Notes: generated by a model from the sequence alone, not told the origin. Shown: positions 48,423 through 58,807, counted from the stretch's first letter. The stretch: 64,000 bases of DNA from Patescibacteria group bacterium (GCA_041645165.1 JBAZQN010000004.1:18789-82788); one strand, 5' to 3'. Translations and numbers: made by a program.

Positions 48423-50507
48423 TTAACGTCGCATGGTTTTGATTACTTTGCCGAGGATGCCATCCGCATTATCTCCCTCTTCATCGATATCTATCATGCC
48501 TGCATCGTCGCCCCCGCCGTCTTCGATCATCCACCGCTGGTAGACCTTTTTAGGTAATTCGCGCACAAAGAGCGAAGGGCGGCCGAGGAGGTAGCCTGAA
48601 GACAGATATGAGGTTTCAGGATAGGTGAGGATGAGCTCTTCCTGCGCCCTCGTCACCGCAACGTAAAAAAGCCGCCGCTCTTCTTCCAGCTCCTTTCCCC
48701 GCTCAAGCGTGCGCGCATTGGGAAAATGCCCGTCCACCAATCCAATAACAAACACTGTCTTCCACTCAAGGCCTTTCGCCTGATGGATGGTGGAAAGTAT
48801 CAGTTTGTCCTCATCCTGCGCCATGGACGCCCCCTTCACTTCTCCGCGGAATCCCTCGCCCAACGCCGCATCCGCGAGAAGCGCGGACAAGTCCTGATAG
48901 CGGTTCGCAAAATTGGCAAGCGTTTCCAAATCAAGGATCCTCTCTTCCGCATCGTCAAACGCATCCTTTGCATATTCCCGATAACGGCGCGCCAAGACTG
49001 CAGTAATAATCTCACCCGGCCCTTTAACCGCGGATATGGCAAATGCCCGCAGATCATCCCATACTTCTCCCACGCCCCGCTCAACGCGGGAAGAAAGACC
49101 CTGCATTTCCTTCATCTCATCAGCGATCGTGAGATATTGATCAGGCGACTGTTTCACCAGGCGCCAAATGCGGTCTGCGGTTTGCGCGCCGATGCCTTCG
49201 TAGAGCTGCAGCACCCTGCGCCACGCAAGCTCATCTGCAGGGTTTGCCAAAATCCTCACATACCCCAGCACGTCTTTGATATGCGCCTGCTCAAAATATC
49301 TTAAACCTCCCCGCTTCAGGTAAGGAATATCGTGTTTGGCAAGCTCAAGCTCAAGCTCGAGCGTCTGATGCGACGCGCGGAACAGCACCGCCATGTCATG
49401 GAGGCTCATGTGCGCTTCTGCGCGCGCGAGCACCTGCGCGACCACATAGGACGCCTGAGCTTCAGGATCCGGCGCGGATGCCAAAAGAGGCACGATGCCT
49501 GACTTGCGCGAAGTGCGCAGCTCTTTTTTATAACGTGCGGAGTTATGCCGGATGCTCTCGTTCGCAAGAGTGAGTATCTCCGGCCGGGACCGGTAATTTG
49601 TTTCAAGGCGAAACACTTTCGCCTTGGGATAGCGGTCGGTAAATTCCAAAATATTCCCTATGTCAGCGGCGCGGAATGAGTAAATCGACTGCGCGTCATC
49701 GCCCACCACCAGGAGATTCCCATGCACCGAGGCGAGCAAGTGGGTAATCCCCGCCTGCAGGCGGTTCGTATCCTGGTACTCGTCCACCAGCACGTACTTG
49801 AACCGCGACGAGAGCTTTTCCCGCACCTGCGGGAATTGTTCCAGCAGCCGCAGGAGATTCACCAAGAGATCGTCAAAATCCATCGCGTTCATCGCGCGCT
49901 TCTTCTCCTCATAGGCGCGCGCAAACTCGGGGAAAAAATTCTTAAATTTTATAAACTGCGGATAATGGTCATCTATCGCGTGTTCAATCGATATGCCGCT
50001 GTTGGCGGCAAAGGAGAGCACGCGGCGGACGGCGTCTGCTTTCGGGAATACGCTGCCGGCGGCGTGAGGCCCTTCTGTTACCAGAACTGACCGCATCAGC
50101 CGCTCCGCGTCATCCTCGTCCAAAATCTGGAATTGGGGCTTGAAATCAAGCTTCCCCGCATACACGCGCAGGATGCGGTTGGCGATATGATGGAAAGTGC
50201 CGCCCCATAAGCCCTTCACCTCGCCCTTCACGAGCGCGGCGGCGCGGGACAGCATGGCATGCGCTGCCTTATTCGTAAACGTCAATAGCAGGATGCGGTC
50301 GGCAGGCGTGCCGTGCGCGATGAGCCACGCCACCCGATACACCAGCGTCCGCGTCTTGCCGGAACCCGCGCCCGCGAGCACGAGACAAGGCCCCTCCGCA
50401 TCCCGCACCACGGCGAATTGTTCAGAATTGAGTTCATTTTTATAATCAATGTCCGCACGCTCCCTCGAAAGGGGTCCCGCGTGTCGTTGACTGCTTTGTA
50501 CATCCAT
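48423..50507 (-). CDS. uvrD: UvrD/PcrA-family DNA helicase
   Basis: AGAGSGKT, TFTNKAA, VDEYQD, GDDAQSIYSFR, NYRS, STIHQAKGLE, EERRLFYVAVTRA; start at MDVQ. Confidence 0.93.
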   Translation of the reverse strand: MDVQSSQRHAGPLSRERADIDYKNELNSEQFAVVRDAEGPCLVLAGAGSGKTRTLVYRVAWLIAHGTPADRILLLTFTNKAAHAMLSRAAALVKGEVKGLWGGTFHHIANRILRVYAGKLDFKPQFQILDEDDAERLMRSVLVTEGPHAAGSVFPKADAVRRVLSFAANSGISIEHAIDDHYPQFIKFKNFFPEFARAYEEKKRAMNAMDFDDLLVNLLRLLEQFPQVREKLSSRFKYVLVDEYQDTNRLQAGITHLLASVHGNLLVVGDDAQSIYSFRAADIGNILEFTDRYPKAKVFRLETNYRSRPEILTLANESIRHNSARYKKELRTSRKSGIVPLLASAPDPEAQASYVVAQVLARAEAHMSLHDMAVLFRASHQTLELELELAKHDIPYLKRGGLRYFEQAHIKDVLGYVRILANPADELAWRRVLQLYEGIGAQTADRIWRLVKQSPDQYLTIADEMKEMQGLSSRVERGVGEVWDDLRAFAISAVKGPGEIITAVLARRYREYAKDAFDDAEERILDLETLANFANRYQDLSALLADAALGEGFRGEVKGASMAQDEDKLILSTIHQAKGLEWKTVFVIGLVDGHFPNARTLERGKELEEERRLFYVAVTRAQEELILTYPETSYLSSGYLLGRPSLFVRELPKKVYQRWMIEDGGGDDAGMIDIDEEGDNADGILGKVIKTMRR

Positions 50508-50682
50508 GGTGTTAAGTGGTATAGTATTAATGAAACTATTATACCTTAATTTTGAATTTTTCATTGTTTTAAGGTATATACCCGCTAAATTTTGTCCCAC
50601 CTATCGCGGGCGACAGATTAAATATCTTCAAAAACGAAAACTTATTAATAACGCACGTACTACGTGCAAAACTTAGGCGGGT

Positions 50683-51726
50683 ATGACTCCTTCCATTGAC
50701 ACCATCTTTAAACACGCGGTGGACGAGGGCGCCTCCGACATCCATCTCATGGTCGGCAAGCCCCCCATCATCCGCATTGACGGCCTCCTGAAAGATACCG
50801 ACTTTCCCCTCCTCTCCCATAAAGTCATCGACGACCTCATCTCCTCAATGCTCAATGAGCACCAGCGGGAGATTTTTCTTTCAGAGAAGGAGTTTGATTT
50901 TTCCTATGAACTGCCAAACGTCTCCCGGTTCCGCGTCAACCTCCATGTGGAGCGGGGAAATCCCGCGCTCGCGGCGCGCGTGGTGTCCGCGCGCATCCCC
51001 ACCATGGAAGACCTCCTGATGCCGGAAGTGGTCTATGAGCTGGTGCGCCTGCCGCAAGGGTTAATTCTCGTGACCGGCCCCACCGGCTGCGGCAAATCAA
51101 CGTCGCTTGCGGCCATGGTCAACCTTATTAATGCGGAACGCCGCGCCCATATCATCACCTTGGAAGACCCGATTGAATTTTTGCACACGAGCGACAAATC
51201 CATCATCAAGCAAAGGCAATACGGCACTGATTTCCTTTCGTTCGCGGAAGCGCTGAAACATGTCCTGCGCCAGGATCCCAATGTTATCATGGTGGGCGAA
51301 ATGCGCGATTTGGAAACGGTCGCGGCAACCATCACGCTCGCGGAGACCGGCCATCTCGTGCTTGCCACCCTTCATACCTTGAACGCGGCGCAGACCGTCG
51401 ACCGCATCATAGACATCTTCCCGCCCTACCAGCAAACCCAAGTGCGGCTTCAGCTCTCCCTTTCCCTGCGGGGTGTCATCTCGCAGCAGCTCCTCCCGAA
51501 AAAAGGTGCGGGCCGCGTGGCATCACGGGAAATCCTCATAAATAATCCCGCAGTATCGAACCTCATCCGCGAAAATAAAATCGCCCAGATCAAATCCGTG
51601 ATACAAACCTCAGCGGAAGACGGCATGGTGACCATGGATCAGGACCTGAAACGGCTCTATAAGGAACGCGTGATTGAACACGAGGTGGCGGTCGCCCACA
51701 TGCTCGACCCGCACCTGCTCGATTAG
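50683..51726 (+). CDS. pilT: Type IV pilus retraction ATPase
   Basis: ASDIHL, GPTGCGKSTS, EDPIEF, LRQDPNVIMVGEMRD, AETGHLV. Confidence 0.93.
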   Translation: MTPSIDTIFKHAVDEGASDIHLMVGKPPIIRIDGLLKDTDFPLLSHKVIDDLISSMLNEHQREIFLSEKEFDFSYELPNVSRFRVNLHVERGNPALAARVVSARIPTMEDLLMPEVVYELVRLPQGLILVTGPTGCGKSTSLAAMVNLINAERRAHIITLEDPIEFLHTSDKSIIKQRQYGTDFLSFAEALKHVLRQDPNVIMVGEMRDLETVAATITLAETGHLVLATLHTLNAAQTVDRIIDIFPPYQQTQVRLQLSLSLRGVISQQLLPKKGAGRVASREILINNPAVSNLIRENKIAQIKSVIQTSAEDGMVTMDQDLKRLYKERVIEHEVAVAHMLDPHLLD

Positions 51727-51750
51727 TCTTAAAATTAAAATGGAGAATCA

Positions 51751-51840
51751 TTCAGTGTATTTCCGTATAAACTTCGGGTATTTCCGTGAGAGAAGCTTAT
51801 ACACTGAATGCACACGGAACTTCCACTGAACGACACTGAA
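51751..51840. repeat. Inverted array of 10-11-nt TTCCGTG/CACGGAA-type repeats
   Basis: TTCAGTG/TTCCGT units mirrored by CACTGAA/CACGGAA; related arrays at 41042-41094 and 54428-54518. Confidence 0.65.
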
Positions 51841-51868
51841 AAAATAATTCATCCTTGTCTTTAAATAT

Positions 51869-52855
51869 ATGCCTCCCCGCACTGCACCCCATCCCGCGCA
51901 CCACGAGGCGCTTGCCGCGCTCCGCACCCTGCCCCTTGCTACAGGACTTTCAGAAGGGGAGCTTGCAACCTTGTCTGAATACCTGACCTCTGCCAGTTAC
52001 CCGAAGGGGAAAGTGGTATTCGAGCAGGGAGGAAGGCGCGATGCGCTTCTCCTTATCACGCAAGGGCGCCTTTCTATCTATAAAGAATTTGGCGATGCGC
52101 CGGAAGTGTTTGCCGTGCTCCATCCCGGCAATTTCTGCTGCGAAGAAGCGCTTACTGACCAACGCTCTGTCCATTCAAAAAGCGGCCAAGCGCTTGATGA
52201 ACTGAAAACGCTTGAGCTTACCTACACCGCGTTTCGAGCGCTGTCATCAGAGCACCCGCGCCTGGCCATATTTCTCCTTGAAAAACTCCTGCAATCGGTG
52301 GCCGAGAGGCTCCACCATACTGATAATAGGCTCATTACTCTCTACCACACCGGCCGCATCATCAGCATCACGCTTCCCCTTGAAGAAATGGGGCGCCAGA
52401 TCCTCGCCGCGCTCCATGAGGTGATCCGCGCAAAGCGCTCGCTCTTCGTGTCATTCCTCCCGTCCCTCAACCGCATCCTGCTTCTCGCGCATTATGGATT
52501 CGCCGTCCCGCCTTTCGGCGGCGAGGACCACATCCCATTAAGCCAAGATCCGGTGCTCGGGCTCATCGCCGCAAATAACGCGACCATCCTGGTCACGAGA
52601 GACAGCCCTTTGCCTCATACCGTCGACGTGGCGTACACGAGCCCCTCCATGGTAGGCGTACCGATCAAGGAGGAGGGGAAAACCATAGGCGCGATCCTGA
52701 TGCTCGATAAGCAGAACGATGAATTTAATCTTAATAATGTGATGCTCCTTGAAATCGTCGCGCGGCAAATCGCCGGCGCCATTACCGAAGGGGAAGCGCT
52801 CCACCGCCATCAGGCAGAGGAGGAGCTCAAAAGAGTTTACATCAGACCATTTTAA
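51869..52855 (+). CDS. cNMP-binding domain + GAF domain protein
   Basis: KGKVVFEQG..LLITQGRL..LHPGNF (Crp-type cNMP fold), then SMVGVPIKEEGKTIGAI..LLEIVARQIA (GAF). Confidence 0.82.
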   Translation: MPPRTAPHPAHHEALAALRTLPLATGLSEGELATLSEYLTSASYPKGKVVFEQGGRRDALLLITQGRLSIYKEFGDAPEVFAVLHPGNFCCEEALTDQRSVHSKSGQALDELKTLELTYTAFRALSSEHPRLAIFLLEKLLQSVAERLHHTDNRLITLYHTGRIISITLPLEEMGRQILAALHEVIRAKRSLFVSFLPSLNRILLLAHYGFAVPPFGGEDHIPLSQDPVLGLIAANNATILVTRDSPLPHTVDVAYTSPSMVGVPIKEEGKTIGAILMLDKQNDEFNLNNVMLLEIVARQIAGAITEGEALHRHQAEEELKRVYIRPF

Positions 52856-52941
52856 AACTGGAAAATGAATAGGGGACACACTGATCCATCCCTTGGGGGT
52901 GGATTTGATTTTTTGAGCATATCGTTATACACTGCTGCCGC

Positions 52942-53013
52942 GCCCTCGTGGTGAAATGGATATCACAACAGGCTTCGGACCTGTTGTTGGGGGTTCGAAT
53001 CCCTCCGAGGGCA
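52942..53013 (+). tRNA. tRNA-Arg (anticodon UCG), CCA not encoded
   Basis: Acceptor GCCCTCG/CGAGGGC, anticodon arm ACAGG-CTTCGGA-CCTGT, GGTTCGAATCC. Confidence 0.93.
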
Positions 53014-53139
53014 TAGTGGTTCGCCCGATCATACGATCGGGCGTCAGGTCGCATGACCTGACGACTCCCTCCGGACGCACTAATAAAATGGTGGAAAACA
53101 TTTATTAACCATAAATTAATATTTAAAGCTAAAAATTAT

Positions 53140-53757
53140 ATGAATACGAATCAAAAAGGTTTTATTAATAATATTTTAGTCGTAGTAATTATTGTGCTCG
53201 TCGTAGGGGTAGCTGGCTATTTTGCTATTATAAAAAAGCCGGAACCGATTACTCAACAACCAGTACCAACTCTGACTCAAACGACCGCCCCAACAAATAC
53301 TCTTGTAGTTCCGACACCGACAACAATAGATGAAACTGCAAATTGGACAATATACAATAACCCTGGGTTAAATTTTTCAATTAATTATCCTAATGACTTT
53401 CAGCTTACAGAGGATAATGCGACGAGTAAATTGTTTTCTGGTACAGATGGGCATTTTTGGATTTTTGTAGAAAATAATACAAAAAATTTGGATGCGGCCG
53501 GAATAAAGGATGACTATTACAAACATGATGAATATGGGTATCAATATCAAGATACTTTTGTCAAAGTTGCAGGCGCTAATGCATACAAGCAGGGACGATA
53601 TGATTTAGGTGTCATAGAAAGATATTATATTCCAAAAAATGGCAAGATTTATAAGGTTGGATTTGAATTTAACTTCGACACTCCTAATCAAAACATAAAA
53701 GAAAATAAAATAAATTTGATAAGAAATATAATCTCGACCTTTAAGTTTGAAAATTAA
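53140..53757 (+). CDS. Membrane-anchored protein with pilin-like N-terminus, Pro/Thr linker and PsbP-like domain
   Basis: NQKGF plus hydrophobic helix, PT-rich linker, TANWTIYNNPGLNFSINYP; AT-rich. Confidence 0.75.
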   Translation: MNTNQKGFINNILVVVIIVLVVGVAGYFAIIKKPEPITQQPVPTLTQTTAPTNTLVVPTPTTIDETANWTIYNNPGLNFSINYPNDFQLTEDNATSKLFSGTDGHFWIFVENNTKNLDAAGIKDDYYKHDEYGYQYQDTFVKVAGANAYKQGRYDLGVIERYYIPKNGKIYKVGFEFNFDTPNQNIKENKINLIRNIISTFKFEN

Positions 53758-54036
53758 GTTTGTTTTTCTGAATTGTAAAAGAGTTTGCCACAAAAAAACT
53801 TGTCATGCCAGAGGCAGATCCGCCTCCGGCGGAAAATTGTCAGCGGTGCGGCTCCGCCGCACCCTGCATTTTTTACGGAGGGTTCTCGCCGCCGCAGGCG
53901 GTGAAAGCGGTTCGCACTAATCCAAAAATAGAGCAAATGAAACATATGGAATGGCTGAATGTTATTTTTCTCATTGGCTCTACAGACATTTATGGGAGTA
54001 ATCCACGGTACCTCGAAGCGCGGCATTAGTACTTTA

Positions 54037-54162
54037 TCCCCCTCATAATATAAGAGGGGTGTGGGGAGTTATGAGTGTTGCGTGAAAAAGGCTTTTGTGT
54101 GACAAAAAAGAGGCAGGCCCGTTCATTTATAACTCACCCCCTCCCTTATCTTAAGGGAGGGA
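54037..54162. repeat. Family-B palindromes
   Basis: CCCCTC..AAGAGGGG..GGGGAGTTATGA and TAACTC..CCTCCCTT..AAGGGAGG. Confidence 0.7.
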
Positions 54163-54270
54163 ATTAGCAGGTCGCTCACCGTACCCCTCTTACTAACAGA
54201 AAAGTCAGATGAAACCATAAATCAAAGAAGGATTGCATGAATCATAAGATATTGATAGAGTAGGTGTTGT

Positions 54271-54346
54271 GGGTCGCTAGCTCAATTGGCAGAGCAGGGG
54301 CCTCTTAAGCCCAAGGTTCTGGGTCCGATTCCCAGGCGACCCACCA
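54271..54346 (+). tRNA. tRNA-Lys (anticodon CUU), CCA encoded
   Basis: Acceptor GGGTCGC/GCGACCC-ACCA, D arm GCTC/GAGC, loop CTCTTAA; atypical T loop TCCGATT. Confidence 0.9.
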
Positions 54347-54356
54347 TTTCTACCAT

Positions 54357-54382
54357 AAACGGCGCAAGCCGTTTCTTTGTTT
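54357..54382 (+). terminator. Terminator after tRNA-Lys
   Basis: AAACGGC-GCAA-GCCGTTT then CTTTGTTT. Confidence 0.7.
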
Positions 54383-54538
54383 GTCAAACACCTGCATTAC
54401 CCGCTACAATGCATATATCATAAACTATCTGCGTGAATCCGCGTTCGACCGCATTACGGTACCAACTCTGTGTAAAACGGATGCAATTGCGGCCGACCAT
54501 CTGCGTTAATCTGCGTAAAATTTTTCTTGTATCTTGTT

Positions 54539-56086
54539 ATGCTTACCCATACGGCTAAACCACTTGTCCTCATCATCCGTGACGGATGGGGCGTCGCGCC
54601 TCCCGGCCCGGGAAACGCCGTAGCGCTCTCGCGCACGCCGCACCATGACGAGTACCGCAAAAAATACCCGTTCGCGCTCCTTGAAGCGTCAGGCGAGTCA
54701 ATCGGCCTCCCGCCAGGTTTCCATGGAAATTCCGAAGTGGGGCACCTTACCATGGGCGCCGGCAGGCCTGTCAAACAAGAGCTCACCTTTATCCACGAGG
54801 AAATTGCCTCTGGCGCTTTTTTCCGTAATAAAAAACTCATCGATGCATTCGCCTCGTGCCGCGATAAGGGAAAAACACTCCACCTCATCGGCATCCTGCA
54901 GGACGCCGGCGTACACGCGCATGAGGAGCATCTCTGGGCGCTCCTCACCCTTGCGCAGCAACAACGCGTCGAACGTATGTATGTGCACGTACTTGCCGAC
55001 GGCAGAGACTCGCCGCCGCGCAGCGTACTCACGTTTTTAAAAAAACTGTCTGCACGTTTCCCTTCAGTGCCTGTGGGCACGGTCGCCGGGCGCTACTGGC
55101 TCGACCGCGCAGGCCATTGGCCGCTCATAGAAACGCTCTATCGCGCCCTTGTCTTCGGCGAAGCGCTTACCGCTAAAACCGCGGAAGACGCCGTCCAGAA
55201 TGCGTACCGCAATCACCGCACGCCAGACGGACAGCCCATGGTCGATGAATATATTCCTCCTTACCGCATTGGAAATTTTGAAAAAATAGAAGAAGATGAT
55301 ACCGTCTTCTTTTTCAACTTCCGCCAAGATCGCATGATTCAGCTCACCAAAGCATTTGTGGAACGTAGGTATGGAGGCCCGCCTGTGCGTTTCATCGCCC
55401 TCACGCGCCCCTATGACGAATTTCATAATTTTATATTTGCCCCTCATGAAGAAACGCAGACGCTCTCTCCCGTGCTGGGGGAAGTTTTAAGCGCCCATAA
55501 CGTGCGACAACTGCGCATCGCGGACAGCCAGAAATTCCGCCATGTAACCAGTTTCTTAAACGGCAAGCGCATTACACCGTTCCCGGGCGAGGATCGGCTG
55601 GAAATAAAAGTAGGGCCTTCTGCCCAGTACCGGGAACGGCCCGACATGGGAGCCATTGAAATCGCGGCAATCGCTCCTCCGGTCATCCGCCATAGCGTTT
55701 ATGATCTTATTATTATTAATTTTGCCAACTGCGACATGGTGGGGCACGTGGGTGACCTTCCGCTCGCGGTAAAAACAGTGGGTATCGTGGACCGCTGCGT
55801 GGGCGCGCTCGTGGAGGCCGCGCTTCTCTCGGGAGGCGAAGCGCTCTTAACTGCTGACCACGGCAACATCGAGCAAATGCATTATAATGGCGACCAAAAT
55901 GCGGTCTGCACGGCGCATTCCGCAAATCCCGTGGAATGCTTCTATATTTCCCACACCCCCCAAGGCACGCTCTCGCCGCAGGGATTCCTTTCAAGCATCG
56001 CGCCTACGGTGTTGGATCTGCTTGGTATTCCCATCCCTCCCGAGATGACGAGCCCGAGTCTTCTGGTAAGAAATAATATAAGTTGA
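54539..56086 (+). CDS. gpmI: 2,3-bisphosphoglycerate-independent phosphoglycerate mutase
   Basis: LIIRDGWG, GNSEVGH, DGRD, NFRQDR, NCDMVGH, TADHGN. Confidence 0.95.
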   Translation: MLTHTAKPLVLIIRDGWGVAPPGPGNAVALSRTPHHDEYRKKYPFALLEASGESIGLPPGFHGNSEVGHLTMGAGRPVKQELTFIHEEIASGAFFRNKKLIDAFASCRDKGKTLHLIGILQDAGVHAHEEHLWALLTLAQQQRVERMYVHVLADGRDSPPRSVLTFLKKLSARFPSVPVGTVAGRYWLDRAGHWPLIETLYRALVFGEALTAKTAEDAVQNAYRNHRTPDGQPMVDEYIPPYRIGNFEKIEEDDTVFFFNFRQDRMIQLTKAFVERRYGGPPVRFIALTRPYDEFHNFIFAPHEETQTLSPVLGEVLSAHNVRQLRIADSQKFRHVTSFLNGKRITPFPGEDRLEIKVGPSAQYRERPDMGAIEIAAIAPPVIRHSVYDLIIINFANCDMVGHVGDLPLAVKTVGIVDRCVGALVEAALLSGGEALLTADHGNIEQMHYNGDQNAVCTAHSANPVECFYISHTPQGTLSPQGFLSSIAPTVLDLLGIPIPPEMTSPSLLVRNNIS

Positions 56087-56169
56087 GTCACGCCACAAAT
56101 CATGATACTATGCATAAGTCAATTCAGTTTCGCATGAATCCAATTTTTTAATCCGCGCCTCTCTATCCT

Positions 56170-57900
56170 ATGGACAGGTTTACCTGGAAAATCGGCGGAC
56201 AAGCAGGTTTCGGCATTGCCACCTCCGGCCAATTATTTTCGCGGATGTGCGTGGCTGCGGGCAGATTCGTGGCGGATTACAGTGAAAAACCAAACCGCAT
56301 CAGAGGAGGCCATAACACCCACCAAGTCACCATTGCGGACAAACCACTCTATGCGGCGTCACGGAAAGTGGATCTGCTCGTTGCCCTTGATAAAGATACG
56401 GCGTTTTTGCACCTTAAGGAACTCGCGCCCCGTGCCGCCGTCATTTATGACGGAGAAAAAAACACCCTTACTGTGGAAGATCTGGGACGGAAAGATGTAG
56501 TGCTTTATTCCGTGCCGCTCGCGCGCTTTGCCAAAGAAGTGGGCGGCGAGGAAGTTATGCGCAATACCGTGGCCCTTGGCGCGTCCCTCGCGTTCATGGG
56601 ATGCGATTTTACCCCGCTTGAGCGCGTCCTCACGAGCGCATTCGGCAAAAAACCAGAGCGCCTGGCCGCCAATCTCAAGGCCGCCCGTGAAGGATTCGAA
56701 TATGTCCGCGCGCAAGGAGGGGTCCACCACGCGTGCCCCCTCACCCAAAAACTCTCTTCTCCTCATATCGTAATCCCGGGCAACGAAGCAATGGCTTTGG
56801 GCGCCATCCAAGCTGGCTGCACCTTCTACGCCGCTTACCCGATGAGCCCTTCCTCTTCCATTCTGCATTACCTTGCGGGCAAGGCGGAAACCACTGGCAT
56901 GGTCGTGAAGCACGCGGAGGATGAAATTTCCGTCATCAATATGGCGCTGGGCGCGTCCTATGCCGGCGCACGCGCCATGATCGGCACGTCAGGCGGCGGA
57001 TTCTCGCTGATGGTGGAATCGCTCGGGCTCGCGGGAATCGCGGAGATCCCCCTCGTGATCGCGGAGGTTATGCGCCCCGGCCCTGCCACGGGCATGCCCA
57101 CCTGGACAGAAGCTTCTGACCTCCAATTTGTCATCCATGCGGCGCAAGGAGAATTTCCCCGCGTCGTGCTCGCGCCGGGCGACGTGGAAGAAGCCTTTCA
57201 CTACACGCTTCTCGCATTCAATCTTGCAGAGCGCTGGCAGGTGCCTGTCTTTCTTCTTTCTGATAAAAACCTTGGGGAACACAGCCGCAGCGTGCCTCCG
57301 TTTGATGCATCGGCCTACCGCATTGATCGAGGCAAACTCCTCACGCAAAAAGACTTGAGCGGCACGAAACCCTTCAAGCGGTATGTGCTTACCCGTGACG
57401 GCGTGTCCCCGCGCTCGCGGCCGGGCCTGAAAGGCGGCGTCTATCTTTCCAATTCTTATGAACATGACTACTTCGGCTACTCTGACGAATCCTCGAAAAT
57501 GCGCGTCGCGCAGGCTGACAAACGCATGAAAAAACTGGAGGGCATTGCTCATGAAATGCCAAAGCCTTTCATACTAGGCCCCTCAAAAGCTCCGCTTACG
57601 CTCGTCACCTGGGGATCCATGAAAGGGCCAGTGAGGGAAGCGATGGAGCGTCTTGGGGAAGAAAAAATGAAAGTAAACATGGTGCACTTCTCCGGCATGT
57701 GGCCATTCCCCAAAAGGTGGGCGGAAAAGCTGCTCTCCTCGCAGAAGCGTCTGGTGCTTGTCGAGAATAACGCCACGGCGCAGTTCGGCAGCTTGCTCAA
57801 AGAACAGACAGGTATCGATATCGAAGATAAACTGCTCAAATACGACGGAAGACCATGGTTCCCGGAAGAGCTTATTGTCGAGACAAAAAAACGACTATAA
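56170..57900 (+). CDS. 2-oxoacid:ferredoxin oxidoreductase, fused gamma-alpha subunit
   Basis: IGGQAGFG, IRGGHN, YPMSPSS, AEDEI, TSGGGFSLM, RPGPATGMPT. Confidence 0.93.
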   Translation: MDRFTWKIGGQAGFGIATSGQLFSRMCVAAGRFVADYSEKPNRIRGGHNTHQVTIADKPLYAASRKVDLLVALDKDTAFLHLKELAPRAAVIYDGEKNTLTVEDLGRKDVVLYSVPLARFAKEVGGEEVMRNTVALGASLAFMGCDFTPLERVLTSAFGKKPERLAANLKAAREGFEYVRAQGGVHHACPLTQKLSSPHIVIPGNEAMALGAIQAGCTFYAAYPMSPSSSILHYLAGKAETTGMVVKHAEDEISVINMALGASYAGARAMIGTSGGGFSLMVESLGLAGIAEIPLVIAEVMRPGPATGMPTWTEASDLQFVIHAAQGEFPRVVLAPGDVEEAFHYTLLAFNLAERWQVPVFLLSDKNLGEHSRSVPPFDASAYRIDRGKLLTQKDLSGTKPFKRYVLTRDGVSPRSRPGLKGGVYLSNSYEHDYFGYSDESSKMRVAQADKRMKKLEGIAHEMPKPFILGPSKAPLTLVTWGSMKGPVREAMERLGEEKMKVNMVHFSGMWPFPKRWAEKLLSSQKRLVLVENNATAQFGSLLKEQTGIDIEDKLLKYDGRPWFPEELIVETKKRL

Positions 57901-57946
57901 ATTTAGAAACGTCCCGCAGGGACACTATAATTTTGACTTTTGATTT

Positions 57947-58807
57947 ATGGCGGAAACAGCCGACTTCAATACTCCCCTTTTTCCCACCTGGTGCCCCGGC
58001 TGCGGCGATTTTAGCATTTGGTCGGCACTTAAGGAAGCATTCGTGGTATTGGGAATGGAACCGCACCAATGTGCGGTGGTCTATGGCATTGGGTGTTCCG
58101 GCAACATGTGCTCCTTCGTGAATACCTATGGCTTTGAGGGACTGCACGGCCGCGGCCTGCCCGTAGCCTGCGGTATAAAAATGGCAAACCACAATCTGCC
58201 GGTTATGATGGTGGGCGGAGACGGCGATCTTTTAGGCGAAGGTATGGGGCATTTCATCCATGCGTGCCGCGCCAATCACCACGTCACCACGCTCATCCAC
58301 AATAACCAAGTGTATGGGCTTACCACCGGCCAGACCGCGCCGACTTCCGAAAAAGGCGCCAAAACAAAATCAACGCCCGCAGGCGTCATTGAAGAGCAAA
58401 CGAATCCCATCACGCTCGCGCTCACCGCAGGCGCGACCTTTGTCGCGCGCGGCTTTTCAGGAGACATTCCCCACCTTACTGACCTTATCGTAAAAGCTAT
58501 TTCGCACAAAGGGTTTTCGGTGCTGGATGTGCTGCAGCCCTGCGTGACATTCAACAAAGTCAATACTTACGCATGGTTCAGAGAGAGGGTCTACAAGCTG
58601 GAAGAGTCGGGGTATCGGCAAACCACCAAACCAGCGGCGATCGAACGTGCCTTCGAGCCATGGCATGAAAAACTCCCCCTTGGCATCTTCTGGCAGGAGG
58701 AAAAGCCCACCTACGAAGACTCCCTGCCGCAGCTCAAAAACGGCCCCCTCGTCGAGCGCGACTTGTCCCATATCGATATCTCAAAACTCTTGGAGGAATT
58801 TAAATGA
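57947..58807 (+). CDS. 2-oxoacid:ferredoxin oxidoreductase beta subunit
   Basis: WCPGCGD, GIGCS, LHGRGLP, GGDGD, NNQVYGLTTGQ, QPCVTFN. Confidence 0.94.
   Translation: MAETADFNTPLFPTWCPGCGDFSIWSALKEAFVVLGMEPHQCAVVYGIGCSGNMCSFVNTYGFEGLHGRGLPVACGIKMANHNLPVMMVGGDGDLLGEGMGHFIHACRANHHVTTLIHNNQVYGLTTGQTAPTSEKGAKTKSTPAGVIEEQTNPITLALTAGATFVARGFSGDIPHLTDLIVKAISHKGFSVLDVLQPCVTFNKVNTYAWFRERVYKLEESGYRQTTKPAAIERAFEPWHEKLPLGIFWQEEKPTYEDSLPQLKNGPLVERDLSHIDISKLLEEFK

Noticed and set aside
53805-54029. 74-aa ORF as a DUF559 or recombinase pseudogene
   Set aside because: Mostly translated hairpin repeats; resemblance to a nuclease C-terminus is too weak to support without a search
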